The position numbers were made by a program, and so were the translations under genes. A DNA stretch of 64,000 nt from positions 16,117-80,116 of the forward strand of contig JACONC010000005.1 of NCBI GenBank assembly GCA_014323925.1, in the 5' to 3' direction. Positions 1 through 12,070 of this stretch are shown in pieces; the stretch's first letter is position 1, and every line of letters starts with the position of its first letter. The notes under the pieces are model-generated. The model had not been told where the DNA came from and searched no databases. It saw only the letters and a list, made by a program, of their open reading frames with translations. Source of the stretch: Chromatiales bacterium (GTDB taxonomy: Bacteria; Pseudomonadota; Gammaproteobacteria; Poriferisulfidales; Oxydemutatoraceae).

Positions 1-391
1 CATGAATGATGCCGTCTTTTATATCTACACTGATCGTACCAGGCGTAAGCGTAATAGAGTTTGCGTGTATTAAATGGAACAGCGGTGTATCGCCGGCAAG
101 TTTTATTTGAAGATACTGGGGTTCTACAGGTAAGCGTGGATGCAGTATCCTATAAGCGACTTGCACATTCGCTAGGATGATCTTCCATGTCAACCAGATA
201 ATATAAATCGTTAGCTTGAGGTAAAACAACAGTCGGTGTTCGCCGATTCCTCCCAATCGCATACGCGCCGATAAATATGTAACGATTACTGCTGAAACGG
301 CACCAAGCAACACAATTAAATATTCAAAGTGGCCAGAAAGCGCCAGCCAAAAGATAAATAGTAATACGATAATTAAAATCTTCTCGCGCAT
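1..391 (-). CDS. Na+/H+ antiporter subunit E (MrpE/MnhE-like), 5' part only. The gene runs off the window start.
   Basis: I translated the minus strand from the ATG at 389-391: MREKILIIVLLFIFWLALSGH...ITLTPGT. The small hydrophobic protein and the ITLTPGT motif are typical of MnhE/MrpE. It is absent from the ORF track because there is no stop codon inside the window. Confidence 0.55.
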   Translation of the reverse strand, partial: MREKILIIVLLFIFWLALSGHFEYLIVLLGAVSAVIVTYLSARMRLGGIGEHRLLFYLKLTIYIIWLTWKIILANVQVAYRILHPRLPVEPQYLQIKLAGDTPLFHLIHANSITLTPGTISVDIKDGIIH

Positions 392-929
392 AAAATTCCT
401 TTTATTTTATTTACTGTAGTCTCGTTTAGAATATGCTTAGTAATATAGTCTACATCATAATTATAATGCAGTATAAAAAACGCTACTAAATCGAAGAAGG
501 CTACTGTCTAGCCCAGGGAATTATATAGATAATTTGATAAGCGATTTTGCTTATCGTGAATCGTCTGGTCAAACCTAGTTTGACAATATATGCCGAATCA
601 TCTTGCAATCACCTGTTGTAGTAGTTTTTGGTGTTGTATAGCACCTAGCAATATGAAAAATCTATAATAACAGTTTCTGTGATATACAGCGATTTTTGAA
701 CTTGCGTCATAGAATAATTACATACATCGCCACCCAGGTCTGCCGTCTCGTTTTAATTCTTATGTGTGATAAAGCAAATAACTTAATTAGCGGTTTTGGC
801 GTTCATTTCCACATAAGCCAATTGAAAACTACCGTAATAATAATTTACCTCGCTACTAACAGAGGTTGTGCGTTATATCAGTAACGATTTGTTGTCTGAT
901 AGAATAAGCAGTTTAATCGGTCTTTTACC

Positions 930-3770
930 ATGACATTTTTAGCATCCGACGATCGTTATCTCCGTGCCCGAGTTAAGTTACTGGGCAAAATACTAGGCGA
1001 TATTATCAAAGAAAGTAGCAATGAGCGTACATTCAATACTATTGAAACACTACGCAAGGGCTTCATAAGTCTGAGCAGCAAGCGTAACGATAAGAAAGCC
1101 CAAGACATTATTGCACTAATCAATGCGCTACAACCGGATATGGCGTTCACGATTATACGAGCTTTCTCTACTTATTTTAATCTGGCAAATATCGCTGAGG
1201 AGATTAGCGAATATAAAAATGTTCATCATCGGATCTCGTCTACTGGAGCAATGGGTTTGGGTAGCGGCACGCCTATTGCAGTGTTGTCGTCGTTTAAGGA
1301 TGCTGGCGTAAAAGCCGCCGATGTGCAGAAACTTTTCAATAAACTCGAGTATATACCGGTGTTCACTGCGCATCCGACCGAAGCAACCCGACGCACGATT
1401 ATGCAGCTGCAAAAGCGTATTTTCGAAACTGCGAAGCAAATGGAAAAGCGCCCCCACAGCATAGAGGAAAGAGCAGAGAGAGAATACTGGGCACAGAAGC
1501 TACGCAACGATATACGGATATTATGGGAGACCGACGAGGTGCGTTTGAGCAAGCCAAGTGTTGCATTAGAGGTTAGCAACGGGCTTTATTACTATAAGAC
1601 ATCATTATTCGACACCATTCCTAAAGTATATCGTATGCTAGAAGCGGCAGTTGCTGAAGTTTATCCCAACGAGGAAATTATAATTCCCAGCTTTATTAAT
1701 TTTGGCTCATGGATCGGTGGTGATAGGGATGGCAATCCATATGTAACACCGTCGGTGACTAAGCACACCGTACAATTACAATCTGTGATGATACTCGAGC
1801 ACTATATTGATTGTGTTGAGCACCTGATAGGTGTGTTAACACATTCAATTAATATGGTGAATTTATCGGAGAATTTTATACTCAACCAACGCAAAGATAA
1901 AGAAGATGGTATCGTCGAAAAAGCGTACCAAGATACCGGCTATAATTTCGCCAAAGAACCATACAGATGTAAATTATCTATTGTGCTTTATCGTTTACGG
2001 TGTAAATTGCGCTTAATAAAAGCACAGCAGGTGCATGCTAATGACCGTGAATATGCCTATCAACACGAATACGAACTGCTTGACGACCTGAGATCTATGT
2101 ATGAATCTTTGTCTTACCACGGTGATCGTATTGTTGCCGATGCCGAATTAAAAGATTTGATACGCTTAGTTGAAACTTTTGGCTTTTATCTGGCACGATT
2201 GGATATAAGAGATGAGTCTAAACAGCATACTGGAGCAGTCGCGGAGATTGCCAAACAATGGGGGTGTTCCGATTACTCGTCAATGAATGCCACCCAAAAA
2301 GCCGATTATTTGAGTGAAAAAATTGGCAGTGATGTCGCCCTAGAAATAGATCAGAGTCGCTTGAGTGAGGATACCAAGCGTATTTTGCAAGTCTTTGAAT
2401 GTATGGTGCAAGCACAAGAAGAAATCAGCCCTAAAGTTATCGGCAACTATGTCGTGTCTATGACGCATAACGCCAGTGATGTATTAGAGGTTGTTTTGTT
2501 GGCAAAAATTAATGGTTTAGTTGGACAAAAAGCGGATGGCACACGATATTGCAATATCAGTGTTTCACCGTTATTTGAAACCATAGACGATTTAGCCCGC
2601 ACTAAAGACATACTCGAAGATCTATTCGGTAATCCGGTCTACAATAAACTTTTGCAGTCTTCTGGTGGCTTACAAGAAGTCATGCTGGGCTATTCCGACT
2701 CGTGCAAAGACGGTGGCATACTGGCATCTAAATGGCAGTTGTATCAAGCGCAAAAGAGCATTATCGGATTGATGATTAAATACCGAGTTACCTGTCGCTT
2801 GTTCCACGGGCGCGGTGGAACTATAGGGCGCGGCGGCGGGCCTACTTATGAGGCAATTACATCACAGCCGCCGGGCACCGTGAACGGTCAAATTAAAATT
2901 ACTGAACAAGGCGAAGTATTGTCGTATAAGTATAGTAAAAGAGAGGCTGCCGTTTATCACTTATCTACTGCGATTGCCGGGTTAATCAAGGCAAGTCAGC
3001 ATTTGGCTATATCGCATTCTTTTGATCTGTCGTTCAAACCCAGAGATGAGCAAACCTATTTAGAAATTATGGCTAAGCTATCCGACAGCGGCGAACGTTA
3101 TTATCGCCAACTGATAGACCATACCGACGGTATATTGGATTACTTCTACGAAGCAACTCCGGTGGTTGAAATCGGTCAAATGAATATAGGTTCTCGGCCG
3201 TCACATCGTCGTAGCACCGATCGTTCTCGCCAATCTATACGCGCAATACCTTGGGTGTTTGGCTGGTCTTTGTCTCGTCATACTCTACCGGCGTGGTTTG
3301 GCATCGGCAGTGCACTTGAGGATTTCGTAAACGAGCACGCCGACAATATGCGCAAGCTACAGAAACTTTACAGCGAGTGGCCTTTTTTCCATAGCTTAAT
3401 GGAAAATATGCAAATGGCATTATCTAAAGCAAACATGAGTATTGCCGAGCAATACGCCGGTTTATGCGTTGACCAAGAAAGTGCGATGCGGATACTCAAA
3501 ATTATTAAAACTGAGTATTACAAGACCGTTGATTATGTACTACAGGTCAGTGGTTGCGATAAGTTATTGGCACATCAGAGTTCTCTGATGCTTTCAATAC
3601 AAAGGCGAGAACCTTATATACAGCCGATTAATTATTTGCAGATCATGCTACTGAAAAAATACCGACAAATTCAACAAACGAATGGCTCATCTGATGATGA
3701 AAATCAGTATATGGAACTTGTATTGCGTTCGATGAGTGCAATCGCATCTGGGATGCGCAACACTGGTTGA
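930..3770 (+). CDS. ppc: phosphoenolpyruvate carboxylase
   Basis: The 946-aa ORF contains the FHGRGGTIGRGGGP motif and the C-terminal NTG typical of PEPC. Confidence 0.9.
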   Translation: MTFLASDDRYLRARVKLLGKILGDIIKESSNERTFNTIETLRKGFISLSSKRNDKKAQDIIALINALQPDMAFTIIRAFSTYFNLANIAEEISEYKNVHHRISSTGAMGLGSGTPIAVLSSFKDAGVKAADVQKLFNKLEYIPVFTAHPTEATRRTIMQLQKRIFETAKQMEKRPHSIEERAEREYWAQKLRNDIRILWETDEVRLSKPSVALEVSNGLYYYKTSLFDTIPKVYRMLEAAVAEVYPNEEIIIPSFINFGSWIGGDRDGNPYVTPSVTKHTVQLQSVMILEHYIDCVEHLIGVLTHSINMVNLSENFILNQRKDKEDGIVEKAYQDTGYNFAKEPYRCKLSIVLYRLRCKLRLIKAQQVHANDREYAYQHEYELLDDLRSMYESLSYHGDRIVADAELKDLIRLVETFGFYLARLDIRDESKQHTGAVAEIAKQWGCSDYSSMNATQKADYLSEKIGSDVALEIDQSRLSEDTKRILQVFECMVQAQEEISPKVIGNYVVSMTHNASDVLEVVLLAKINGLVGQKADGTRYCNISVSPLFETIDDLARTKDILEDLFGNPVYNKLLQSSGGLQEVMLGYSDSCKDGGILASKWQLYQAQKSIIGLMIKYRVTCRLFHGRGGTIGRGGGPTYEAITSQPPGTVNGQIKITEQGEVLSYKYSKREAAVYHLSTAIAGLIKASQHLAISHSFDLSFKPRDEQTYLEIMAKLSDSGERYYRQLIDHTDGILDYFYEATPVVEIGQMNIGSRPSHRRSTDRSRQSIRAIPWVFGWSLSRHTLPAWFGIGSALEDFVNEHADNMRKLQKLYSEWPFFHSLMENMQMALSKANMSIAEQYAGLCVDQESAMRILKIIKTEYYKTVDYVLQVSGCDKLLAHQSSLMLSIQRREPYIQPINYLQIMLLKKYRQIQQTNGSSDDENQYMELVLRSMSAIASGMRNTG

Positions 3771-3782
3771 TAGGCTACTTGC

Positions 3783-4178
3783 TTAATCGGCGAGCGCCGA
3801 TAACTGCGGGCGCATGCTAGCGGAATTGATTTTGACAATCCGGTTGTGTTTATCTAAATAGACTAATGTAGGTTTATGCTTTTTAGCCTCGGCTTCGCAG
3901 AGTTGCACATAAGTGCAGATGATAATCCGATCGCCGACTATGCCGCGATAAGCAGCTGCGCCGTTTAACTCTATAGTCTGGCTGTCGGCAGCGGCGCTGA
4001 TCGCATAAGTTGTCAGGCGGTCTCCATTGCGCAAGTTATAAATCTCTATTTGCTGATATTCGCGGATGCCAGCGGCAGCCATCAAATCGGAATCTATTGC
4101 GCACGAACCGTCGTAGTTAACTTCAGTTCCAGTGACACAGGCGCGATGTAATTTGCTTTGCAAGAAAGTCAGTTCCAT
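3783..4178 (-). CDS. panD: aspartate 1-decarboxylase
   Basis: MELTFLQSKLHRACVTG...YDGSCAIDSDLM...NGAAA matches the PanD pyruvoyl-enzyme family, including the G-S cleavage site. The track ORF extends upstream across a tRNA, so I placed the start at the internal Met (MELTF). Confidence 0.85.
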   Translation of the reverse strand: MELTFLQSKLHRACVTGTEVNYDGSCAIDSDLMAAAGIREYQQIEIYNLRNGDRLTTYAISAAADSQTIELNGAAAYRGIVGDRIIICTYVQLCEAEAKKHKPTLVYLDKHNRIVKINSASMRPQLSALAD

Positions 4179-4214
4179 ATCACAGTGCTCTTCATAGTAG
4201 ATGCATAATACTAA

Positions 4215-4291
<77 letters not shown>

Positions 4292-4550
4292 TCGTCCAAT
4301 AGACAGATTATTCTATCATAAGTAGCATATCCCATACTAATCCATATCGTATCTAATCTGGGAGTTATACTGCCAACAAAAAGTACAGATATCCGATTTT
4401 TAATACCACCGCAGGCCTACTGATGCCTAGATATAATTTCTTTGCTAGTCACCCACAATTTGCTAGTCACCCATAAAGAGAGAGGGTCAACAAAGATCAT
4501 CTAGATGCTACTGCAGTGAAGCAAGATGTTAAGATGAATAACGATTAGTT

Positions 4551-7349
4551 CTATAAATAAATACGTTGTTCGCCTTGATGATTGATGTTTAGCAAACATC
4601 GCTCGCAGATTGCACCGTAGTTTGATTCTTTAAGATCTGCACATCGTTGCCAACATCTAGCACATTTTGCTTGTCCACTCGGTGATATTAAAATACTGAG
4701 ATGCTCGGTTGCTTGCACAGCATCGCCGGGGGCTTGTGCCAACGGATACGCTTCGGCGTTTGAAACAATGAACAGAAATTTAAGTTCAGCTGCCAGTTGT
4801 TTGAGCAAGTGCAAACCATTTTCATCACAATAGAGCTTTAATTCGGCATCCAGAGAGGAGCCTATGGTGCCGGTTTTTCGTAAGTTCTCTATCTGTTTAT
4901 TCACGGTATCGCGAATTTCTAGTATTTGATTCCACTGCTCCATACTCAGCATTTCATTGTCCGATAAATCAAACAACGCATCGTACCATTCGGCTAAAAA
5001 AATGGTTTGTCGTTTCTCTCCGGGCAAGGATTTGCATATCTCTTCGGCAGTAAAACTTAAAATCGGTGCCATCCATCGTGCCAATGCTTGCACGATATGG
5101 TAGATTGCCGTTTGTGCGGAACGTCTGGCCGCGGCCTGCGGATGAATAGTGTAGAGGCGATCTTTTATGATATCCAAATAAAAGCTACCCATTTGTATAT
5201 TGCAAAAATTGTGTAGCCTATGGTACAGGTGGTGGAAAGTATAATTGCGGTAATCGTTTTGTATTTCACGCTGTAGTTTTGCGGCTGTTGCAACCGCCCA
5301 TCTATCCAGTGCCAGCATAGCACTGGGTTCTATCTGGTCCTGCTCAGGATTAAAATCGTATAGATTAGCCAACAAAAAGCGAGCGGTATTGCGTATTCGG
5401 CGATAGGCGTCTACGATGCGTTTCAAAATCTCATCGGAGATGTTCATCTCGCCACTGAAGTCGGTCGCCGCAACCCACAACCTTAAGATATCAGCACCGT
5501 ATTGTTTAATCACATCTTGTGGGGCGATTACATTACCTCTAGACTTGGACATTTTCTGACCGCGCTCGTCGACAACGAAGCCGTGTGTTAAAACACCAAG
5601 GTAGGGTGCGTTGCCATTGTATGCAACTGAGCTCAGTAATGATGACTGAAACCAACCGCGGTGTTGATCCGAACCCTCTAAGTAGAGGTCGGCGGGTCTT
5701 GCTAGTTCTTCTCGTACATCTAATATACAGGCGTGTGTAGTTCCTGAATCAAACCACACATCCAATACATCGTTGATTTTTCGGTAATCATCGGCGTCAT
5801 CTCCCAACAGCTCTTTATGATCTGATTCAAACCACGCTTCTATGCCGCAATGCTCTATCTGCTGTGCTATCTGCTCTATAAACTCGGCACTACGCGGATG
5901 CACCGTGCCGTTTTCTTTATGCACGAATAATGCAATGGGTACGCCCCAATAACGTTGGCGAGACACACACCAATCTGGGCGCGCACGCAACATGCCCTTA
6001 ATGCGGTCTTGCCCCCAGTTGGGAGTCCAATGCACTGTATCACAGGCGGCTGATGCTCGGTCCAATAAATCATTCTTTTTCATGGCTATGAACCACTGCG
6101 GTGTTGCTCTAAAAATAATCGGGGTTTTGTGACGCCAACAGTGAGGATAGCTATGTTCATAATCGCAGCTATGCAGTAAATTTCGTTTCTTGGCAAGCTG
6201 CTCAACAATTGGCGTACCAGATTTGCGTAGATGGCAGCCAGCTAGAAATCCTGCAGCTTCGGAAAACACTGCATTGCTTTGCAACGGTGTTTGATGTCCA
6301 AGCCCATAGCGTTGACCTAATAAATAGTCATCAACACCGTGTGCCGGGGCGATATGCACGCAGCCGGTACCAGCCTCTAAGGTTACATGGTCACCCATGA
6401 CGACCGGCACATCATAATCGTACAGCGGATGCTTGAGCATAAGTTTTTCTAAATGCTTGCCTTTAACAATATCAAGCGTAGTCGTTTTTTGCCACCCGTA
6501 TCTTGCACAGCACTGCCCGACGAGCTCTGCAGCGATGATATAGTTTTGCTCACCGTTGTTTACCACTGCATAATCTAGATTCGGGTGTAGTGCCACGGCT
6601 TGGTTGGCTGGCAAAGTCCACGGCGTAGTAGTCCAAATCACTACACTAGTCGCAGAGTCTATTTCCGGTGTTAATCTGCTGTTTAAGTCGTCTTTGTTCT
6701 GTACACTAAATGCAACATCTACCGCGGTAGACACTTTGTCGCCATATTCAACTTCCGCTTCGGCAAGTGATGAGGCGCATTCTAAGCACCAATGTACCGG
6801 TTTATGTCCTTGCTGCAGATAGCCTTTGACTAATAATGCACCCAGCGTTCGTAGTATGTTCGCTTCGGTCTGAAAATCCATACTCAGATACGGATTCTGC
6901 CAATCACCCAACACGCCTAAACGAATAAAATCACGCTTTTGCTTTTCAATTTGGCTACTTGCATACTTCCGGCACTGTTCTCTAAAATGCGCTGGATCTT
7001 CGGCGGTTTTAGCTTTGCCGTATTTTTTCTCCACTTGTTGTTCTATAGGCAAGCCGTGGCAATCCCAACCCGGAATATAGGGCACATCCAATCCCTGCAT
7101 CAGGCGGCTTTTAACGATAATGTCTTTGAGTATTTTGTTTACTGCGTGTCCGATATGTATACTGCCGTTTGCATAAGGAGGCCCGTCGTGCAGAATAAAT
7201 TGCTTGCGTCCGCGTCGCTCCGAACGAACTAAGTCATACAGCCCTATAGACTCCCAATAAGCCAATATTTGCGGCTCACGCTGTGCCAAGCTGGCACGCA
7301 TCGGAAAATCTGTTTTAGGGAGATTTAAGGTGTCTTTGTAGTCTCCCAT
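4551..7349 (-). CDS. ileS: isoleucine--tRNA ligase
   Basis: The 932-aa ORF has the HIGH ([15 protein letters not shown]) and KMSKS (KMSKSRGN) class I motifs and a C-terminal Zn-finger Cys cluster. Confidence 0.95.
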   Translation of the reverse strand: MGDYKDTLNLPKTDFPMRASLAQREPQILAYWESIGLYDLVRSERRGRKQFILHDGPPYANGSIHIGHAVNKILKDIIVKSRLMQGLDVPYIPGWDCHGLPIEQQVEKKYGKAKTAEDPAHFREQCRKYASSQIEKQKRDFIRLGVLGDWQNPYLSMDFQTEANILRTLGALLVKGYLQQGHKPVHWCLECASSLAEAEVEYGDKVSTAVDVAFSVQNKDDLNSRLTPEIDSATSVVIWTTTPWTLPANQAVALHPNLDYAVVNNGEQNYIIAAELVGQCCARYGWQKTTTLDIVKGKHLEKLMLKHPLYDYDVPVVMGDHVTLEAGTGCVHIAPAHGVDDYLLGQRYGLGHQTPLQSNAVFSEAAGFLAGCHLRKSGTPIVEQLAKKRNLLHSCDYEHSYPHCWRHKTPIIFRATPQWFIAMKKNDLLDRASAACDTVHWTPNWGQDRIKGMLRARPDWCVSRQRYWGVPIALFVHKENGTVHPRSAEFIEQIAQQIEHCGIEAWFESDHKELLGDDADDYRKINDVLDVWFDSGTTHACILDVREELARPADLYLEGSDQHRGWFQSSLLSSVAYNGNAPYLGVLTHGFVVDERGQKMSKSRGNVIAPQDVIKQYGADILRLWVAATDFSGEMNISDEILKRIVDAYRRIRNTARFLLANLYDFNPEQDQIEPSAMLALDRWAVATAAKLQREIQNDYRNYTFHHLYHRLHNFCNIQMGSFYLDIIKDRLYTIHPQAAARRSAQTAIYHIVQALARWMAPILSFTAEEICKSLPGEKRQTIFLAEWYDALFDLSDNEMLSMEQWNQILEIRDTVNKQIENLRKTGTIGSSLDAELKLYCDENGLHLLKQLAAELKFLFIVSNAEAYPLAQAPGDAVQATEHLSILISPSGQAKCARCWQRCADLKESNYGAICERCLLNINHQGEQRIYL

Positions 7350-7358
7350 CGTAATATT

Positions 7359-8288
7359 TTATTGTTTTCCTAACAGCGATTTTGCTGCGCTTACATCTTT
7401 GCATATCGCATCCTTCAGTTGTGCTGTATCATTGTATCGTTGTTCTGCTCTGAGATAATATCGCGGATAAACGGTTAACCGTTGTCCATATAACTCTTTT
7501 GAAAAATCAAAAATATGAGTTTCTATTCGGTATTGTGTTGCCCCTACAGTCGGGCGCACGCCAGCGTTAGCAACTCCTATTAGCTCGGCATTTTGTATTT
7601 TTACCGAAACCGCATAAACCCCTTGCAAAGGAGGTTGTCGTTTCCCAAAAGTTAAATTAGCGGTAGGATAACCCAATTGCGTTGCCAACCGATCGCCTTG
7701 TCCAACCCGCCCGGCAACGCTGTAAGGTCTTCCTAGCAAGCGATTAGCTTTGTCAATCTCACCGGCGAGCAACAATAGCCGTATGCGCGTACTACTAATG
7801 CGCTTATCGTCGACCGTCACCTCAGGCGTGCAACTCACCTCAAAGCCGTAGCGGTTGCCATAATCACACAGCGTATTATAATCTCCTTCTCTATTTTTGC
7901 CGAAACAAAAATCATCTCCCACGACTAAATGCCGAGTGCATAGCCCTTTTAATATAACGCGTTGCACGAAATCCGCTGCCGTCCAGTTCGCCAAAGCCGC
8001 ACTAAAACGCAAGCATACTAGATAGTCAACATCTAAACTTTTCACTAACTCTATACGTTTACGCAAAGGGTAAATCCGTTTAGGAGGAGTATCATTGGTG
8101 GCAAAGAACTCGCCGGGCAAAGGTTCAAACATAATCACAGCCGACGGTAGTTTATACTGTTTTGCTATCGCTTTAGTCTGTTGTATAACCCTTTGGTGGC
8201 CTATATGCAATGCGTCAAAAGCACCTATGGTTGCCACACATGGGTGATTAAAATTATCCAGACTGTCTAGACTATGCAACAATCGCAT
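7359..8288 (-). CDS. ribF: bifunctional riboflavin kinase / FMN adenylyltransferase
   Basis: GAFDALHIGHQ nucleotidyltransferase motif; 309 aa. It sits immediately downstream of ileS, as in many proteobacteria. Confidence 0.9.
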   Translation of the reverse strand: MRLLHSLDSLDNFNHPCVATIGAFDALHIGHQRVIQQTKAIAKQYKLPSAVIMFEPLPGEFFATNDTPPKRIYPLRKRIELVKSLDVDYLVCLRFSAALANWTAADFVQRVILKGLCTRHLVVGDDFCFGKNREGDYNTLCDYGNRYGFEVSCTPEVTVDDKRISSTRIRLLLLAGEIDKANRLLGRPYSVAGRVGQGDRLATQLGYPTANLTFGKRQPPLQGVYAVSVKIQNAELIGVANAGVRPTVGATQYRIETHIFDFSKELYGQRLTVYPRYYLRAEQRYNDTAQLKDAICKDVSAAKSLLGKQ

Positions 8289-8827
8289 TATGATTGTTTC
8301 CTAAGATGATTAGCGACATCGGCTAAATTATCAAAGACCAGTACGCTTTTAGGTAGTTTTGAATTAGCTTCGGTTGTAGCGCCTTGTCCGCTACGCACCA
8401 AAATCGCTTGCGCGCCGATCTTCTTTGCTGCTTTTAAGTCATTCATCGTGTCGCCGACATAAGGTACTTTCTTTAGGCTGATATTCATTCGCTTTGCGAG
8501 ATCTTCAAAAAGCCCGGTTTTAGGTTTTCGGCAGCGACAATCATCATCTGGATGATGAGGGCAAAAAAACAATCCATCTATCTGCCCGCCGTTGGATATT
8601 AAAAGCTTTTGCATTTTTTCGTGTATCTTAGCCAGCGCCTCGACCGTAGCCAGTTGGCGCCCGATAACTGATTGATTGGACACTACAAAAATACGCCAGC
8701 CGGCTTTATATAGCTGAGCAATAGCCTCTATGCTGCCTTCTATGGGTAGCCATTCGTCTGGTGTTTTGACATAGTCCGGCGAGTCATGGTTAATGACGCC
8801 GTCGCGATCGAGCAGAATTAATTTCAC
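8288..8827 (-). CDS. gmhB: D-glycero-beta-D-manno-heptose-1,7-bisphosphate 7-phosphatase (HAD family)
   Basis: The N-terminal DRDGVIN HAD motif, the CPHHPDDDCRCRKP Zn-binding loop and a ~180-aa length are all typical of GmhB. Confidence 0.8.
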   Translation of the reverse strand: MKLILLDRDGVINHDSPDYVKTPDEWLPIEGSIEAIAQLYKAGWRIFVVSNQSVIGRQLATVEALAKIHEKMQKLLISNGGQIDGLFFCPHHPDDDCRCRKPKTGLFEDLAKRMNISLKKVPYVGDTMNDLKAAKKIGAQAILVRSGQGATTEANSKLPKSVLVFDNLADVANHLRKQS

Positions 8828-8986
8828 GGTACTAAACAGTCTATCTGAAGAAATGAAAAGACAATGGCATACAAGTAATTATCAAACTTTATATTACCAT
8901 TTATATTATACATAACTGCGCTAGCATCACAGTTGCCTGTGCATTATCCTCACCATAATTGATTTGGTAGAATAAGCGCCAAACTA

Positions 8987-9877
8987 TTGAACTCCGTCAT
9001 GACAATAAAATCAAATACCATTCAAAATATGTTGTTATACCTGCAGCATTATTGGGCAGAGCAGGGCTGTGCTGTATTGCAAGCTTATGATCTTCCAATG
9101 GGCGCTGGTACTTTTCATCCAGCAACTTTTTTGAGGGTGCTGGGTCCACAACCATGGCGATGCGCTTATGTGCAGCCGTGTCGGCGCCCGTCTGACGGTC
9201 GCTACGGCGACAATCCGAACCGCTTGCAACACTACTATCAATTTCAGGTGGTCTTAAAGCCTTCGCCGTCTGACATACAACAGTTATATCTGGACTCTTT
9301 AACTGCTTTAGGCATTGACACCGAGCGAGACGACATTCGTTTTGTAGAAGATAACTGGGCATCACCTACGCTGAGGGCATGGGGCCTTGGCTGGGAGGTG
9401 TGGCTAAACGGCATGGAGATAGGACAATTTACTTATTTTCAGCAGGTCGGCGGTATAGAGTGCAAGCCGGTTGCCGGTGAGATTACTTACGGGGTCGAGC
9501 GTCTGGCTATGAGTCTACAGCAAGTTGATAATACTTTTAGTTTGTGCTGGTCGGATCAGGTCGACCCACCGCTCTATTATCGCGATCTATTTCATCAAAA
9601 CGAAACACAACAATCAGCGTATAATTTTGACCAGGCAAATGTTGCCGAATTAAAGCAACAGTTTGACGAGAAAGAGCGAGCGTGTTTAGATCTGCTTGAC
9701 AAAGGATTAACATTACCGGCCTATGATCAAGTGGTTATGGCATCTCATATTTTTAATCTACTTGATGCGCGAAGAGCGGTTTCGGTAACCGAAAGACAGC
9801 GTTATATATTGAAAGTCGGCAAACTTGCACAGCGTATTGCAAAACACATAAGCATCAGTGAGCATAACGACGATTAG
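8987..9877 (+). CDS. glyQ: glycine--tRNA ligase alpha subunit
   Basis: [15 protein letters not shown]...[23 protein letters not shown] is a strong match to GlyQ. The true start may be the Met at 8999 (MTIKS). Confidence 0.9.
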   Translation: MNSVMTIKSNTIQNMLLYLQHYWAEQGCAVLQAYDLPMGAGTFHPATFLRVLGPQPWRCAYVQPCRRPSDGRYGDNPNRLQHYYQFQVVLKPSPSDIQQLYLDSLTALGIDTERDDIRFVEDNWASPTLRAWGLGWEVWLNGMEIGQFTYFQQVGGIECKPVAGEITYGVERLAMSLQQVDNTFSLCWSDQVDPPLYYRDLFHQNETQQSAYNFDQANVAELKQQFDEKERACLDLLDKGLTLPAYDQVVMASHIFNLLDARRAVSVTERQRYILKVGKLAQRIAKHISISEHNDD

Positions 9878-9905
9878 TCTATAGCACTCTCCTTGCGAAC
9901 AAAAA

Positions 9906-11999
9906 ATGCAAAAACAAAATTTATTGATAGAAATAGGCACCGAAGAACTCCCGCCGCTCGAATTATCCGAACTGGGTGAGGCTTTTGCAGCTAACCTGAA
10001 GCAGCTATGTAACGACGCCGGATTAGGCGGCGAGCAAGTGCATGCTTTTGTGACGCCGCGGCGCATTGCAGCACGATTAGACGCAGTAGCAGAGGCACAA
10101 GCCGACCGGCTGATAACGCGCACCGGTCCGCTTGTAGAAAAAGCATACGATCAAAACGGCAAGCCGCTACCAGCGGCGATAGGTTTTGCTAAATCCTGCC
10201 AAGTGGAAGTGTCGGAACTGCAAATCTCTGAACAAGACAAACGTCTTTATGTGCAAAAAACCGTTAACGGTCAGAGCATAAAAGATTGCCTGCCAAAGCT
10301 ACTAGAGCAGACACTAGAACACCTACCTGCCGGCAAGCGCATGCGATGGGGTAGCGAGGACTACGAGTTCATACGCCCAGTGCATTGGCTACTGGTACTA
10401 TACGGTGATACGCCGATCGATCTGGAAGTGATGGGGATTGCGTCGGCTAACCATACTTATGGGCACCGTTATCATTGTCACAAACCTCTAACCGTATCGC
10501 ACGCGGATGATTACGAAAAGATATTGCAACAGCAAGCCAAGGTCATTCCTTCGTTTGACCGGCGCTTGCAAAAAGTGAAATCGCAAGTGATGGCAGCAGC
10601 ACAATCAGGCGATGTGCAGATGAACGACGACTTACTCTCGCAAGCCACCGCCATTGTTGAATGGCCGGTTGCAGTATTGGTATCTTTTGACCAGAGTTTT
10701 TTGAAATTACCGGCGACGGTGATTACTGAGATCTTAGAAAAAGAGCAAAGATGCTTTACCGTTTTAGCTGCCGATGGTGCATTGGCTGCGGAGTTTATCG
10801 TCGTATCAAATATAGAAAGTAGCGATATCCAGGCGTTGCGTAGCGGTTATCAGCGGGTGGCTATATCCAGACTAAAAGATGCCGATTTTTTTATCAAGCA
10901 AGATAGAAAACATCCGCTAGAGTATTATGCCGATAGCCTTGATCAATTGACTTTTCATCACCGCTTAGGCAGTTTAGCCGATAAGGTAGAACGCATCGCA
11001 GCACTGTCGCTTGCCATTGCCCGACATTTATCGGATACCGGTAATGGCTATGACTTTAACGCATCCGAAATTGAACTGATAAAGAAATCGGCGCGCCTTT
11101 GTAAGGCTGACCTCAGCACCAATATAGTCTGCGAATATCCGGAATTGGCAGGGTTTGCAGGCAGTTATTATGCGGAGTGCGACGGTGAGGTCGCCGATAT
11201 AAGCCGTGCCATACTACAGCACACAAAGCCCCAGCGCGCCGGTGACTCATTGCCGCAAGGGAAAATAGCCATCGTACTGGCAATAGCCGACCGACTGGAT
11301 ACTCTGGTTGGGATTTTCGGTAGCGGTGAATACCCCAGTGGTAGTCGCGACCCCTATGCGCTACGACGAGCCAGCCTAGCACTCATACGCATCCTTAGCA
11401 AATACCAACTGGATTTAGATCTAGCGGAATGGGTTATCAAGAGCCATCAATGTTATACAGTGGAGATCGCCGACAACGGCATTGCCAAGTTATTGGATTA
11501 TTTGAAAGAGCGGCACAGACATTATTTTATAGATTGTGGTTTTAGCGGTGATCAAGTAGATGCGGTTAGCGTCGACCGTCCTTTGCATAGCTACGATATA
11601 TATCAGCGGCTAGTTGAATTGCGAAGGTTTATGGAGATACCACAAAGTACCGAACTTGTAGCAGCCAATAAACGAATACGGAATATCTTAAAAAACAATC
11701 GTAGCGAGATTATCAAAGGAGTTGATGTGCAGATAATAAACAACGATGCCGAGTCTAGGCTCTACGAGACATCCGCTGCGCTAAGTCCGCAAGTTCAGGC
11801 ATTGGTTGAAAGCAGGAATTATTTTGAAGCACTAAAAGTTTTGACACCACTACGAGACCTTATAGATCGTTTTTTCGACCAAGTGCTGGTGATGTCGGAC
11901 GATGAAAGAGAAAGAAATAATCGCCTCGCATTACTGCATCAAATAGATTGCTTATTTATGCGTATTGTAGACTTTTCTGCGCTACGTTTAGATGAGTAG
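9906..11999 (+). CDS. glyS: glycine--tRNA ligase beta subunit
   Basis: 697 aa, directly downstream of glyQ. The N-terminal LLIEIGTEELPP motif is typical of GlyS. Confidence 0.9.
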   Translation: MQKQNLLIEIGTEELPPLELSELGEAFAANLKQLCNDAGLGGEQVHAFVTPRRIAARLDAVAEAQADRLITRTGPLVEKAYDQNGKPLPAAIGFAKSCQVEVSELQISEQDKRLYVQKTVNGQSIKDCLPKLLEQTLEHLPAGKRMRWGSEDYEFIRPVHWLLVLYGDTPIDLEVMGIASANHTYGHRYHCHKPLTVSHADDYEKILQQQAKVIPSFDRRLQKVKSQVMAAAQSGDVQMNDDLLSQATAIVEWPVAVLVSFDQSFLKLPATVITEILEKEQRCFTVLAADGALAAEFIVVSNIESSDIQALRSGYQRVAISRLKDADFFIKQDRKHPLEYYADSLDQLTFHHRLGSLADKVERIAALSLAIARHLSDTGNGYDFNASEIELIKKSARLCKADLSTNIVCEYPELAGFAGSYYAECDGEVADISRAILQHTKPQRAGDSLPQGKIAIVLAIADRLDTLVGIFGSGEYPSGSRDPYALRRASLALIRILSKYQLDLDLAEWVIKSHQCYTVEIADNGIAKLLDYLKERHRHYFIDCGFSGDQVDAVSVDRPLHSYDIYQRLVELRRFMEIPQSTELVAANKRIRNILKNNRSEIIKGVDVQIINNDAESRLYETSAALSPQVQALVESRNYFEALKVLTPLRDLIDRFFDQVLVMSDDERERNNRLALLHQIDCLFMRIVDFSALRLDE

Positions 12000-12070
12000 T
12001 TCAAATATGGCTGTCTCCATTTTATTTATTTATCGTTGTTAAATCGTGTATCATATATTCTTTTATAACA

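Noticed and set aside
696-884. 62-aa ORF upstream of ppc
   Set aside because: It is AT-rich promoter-region DNA with no RBS and no recognisable protein features, so it is probably non-coding ppc leader.
3786-3801. Hairpin ATCGGCGAGCGCCGAT as a bidirectional ppc/panD terminator
   Set aside because: It lies inside the panD C-terminal codons and lacks a U-tract, so I did not report it as a terminator.
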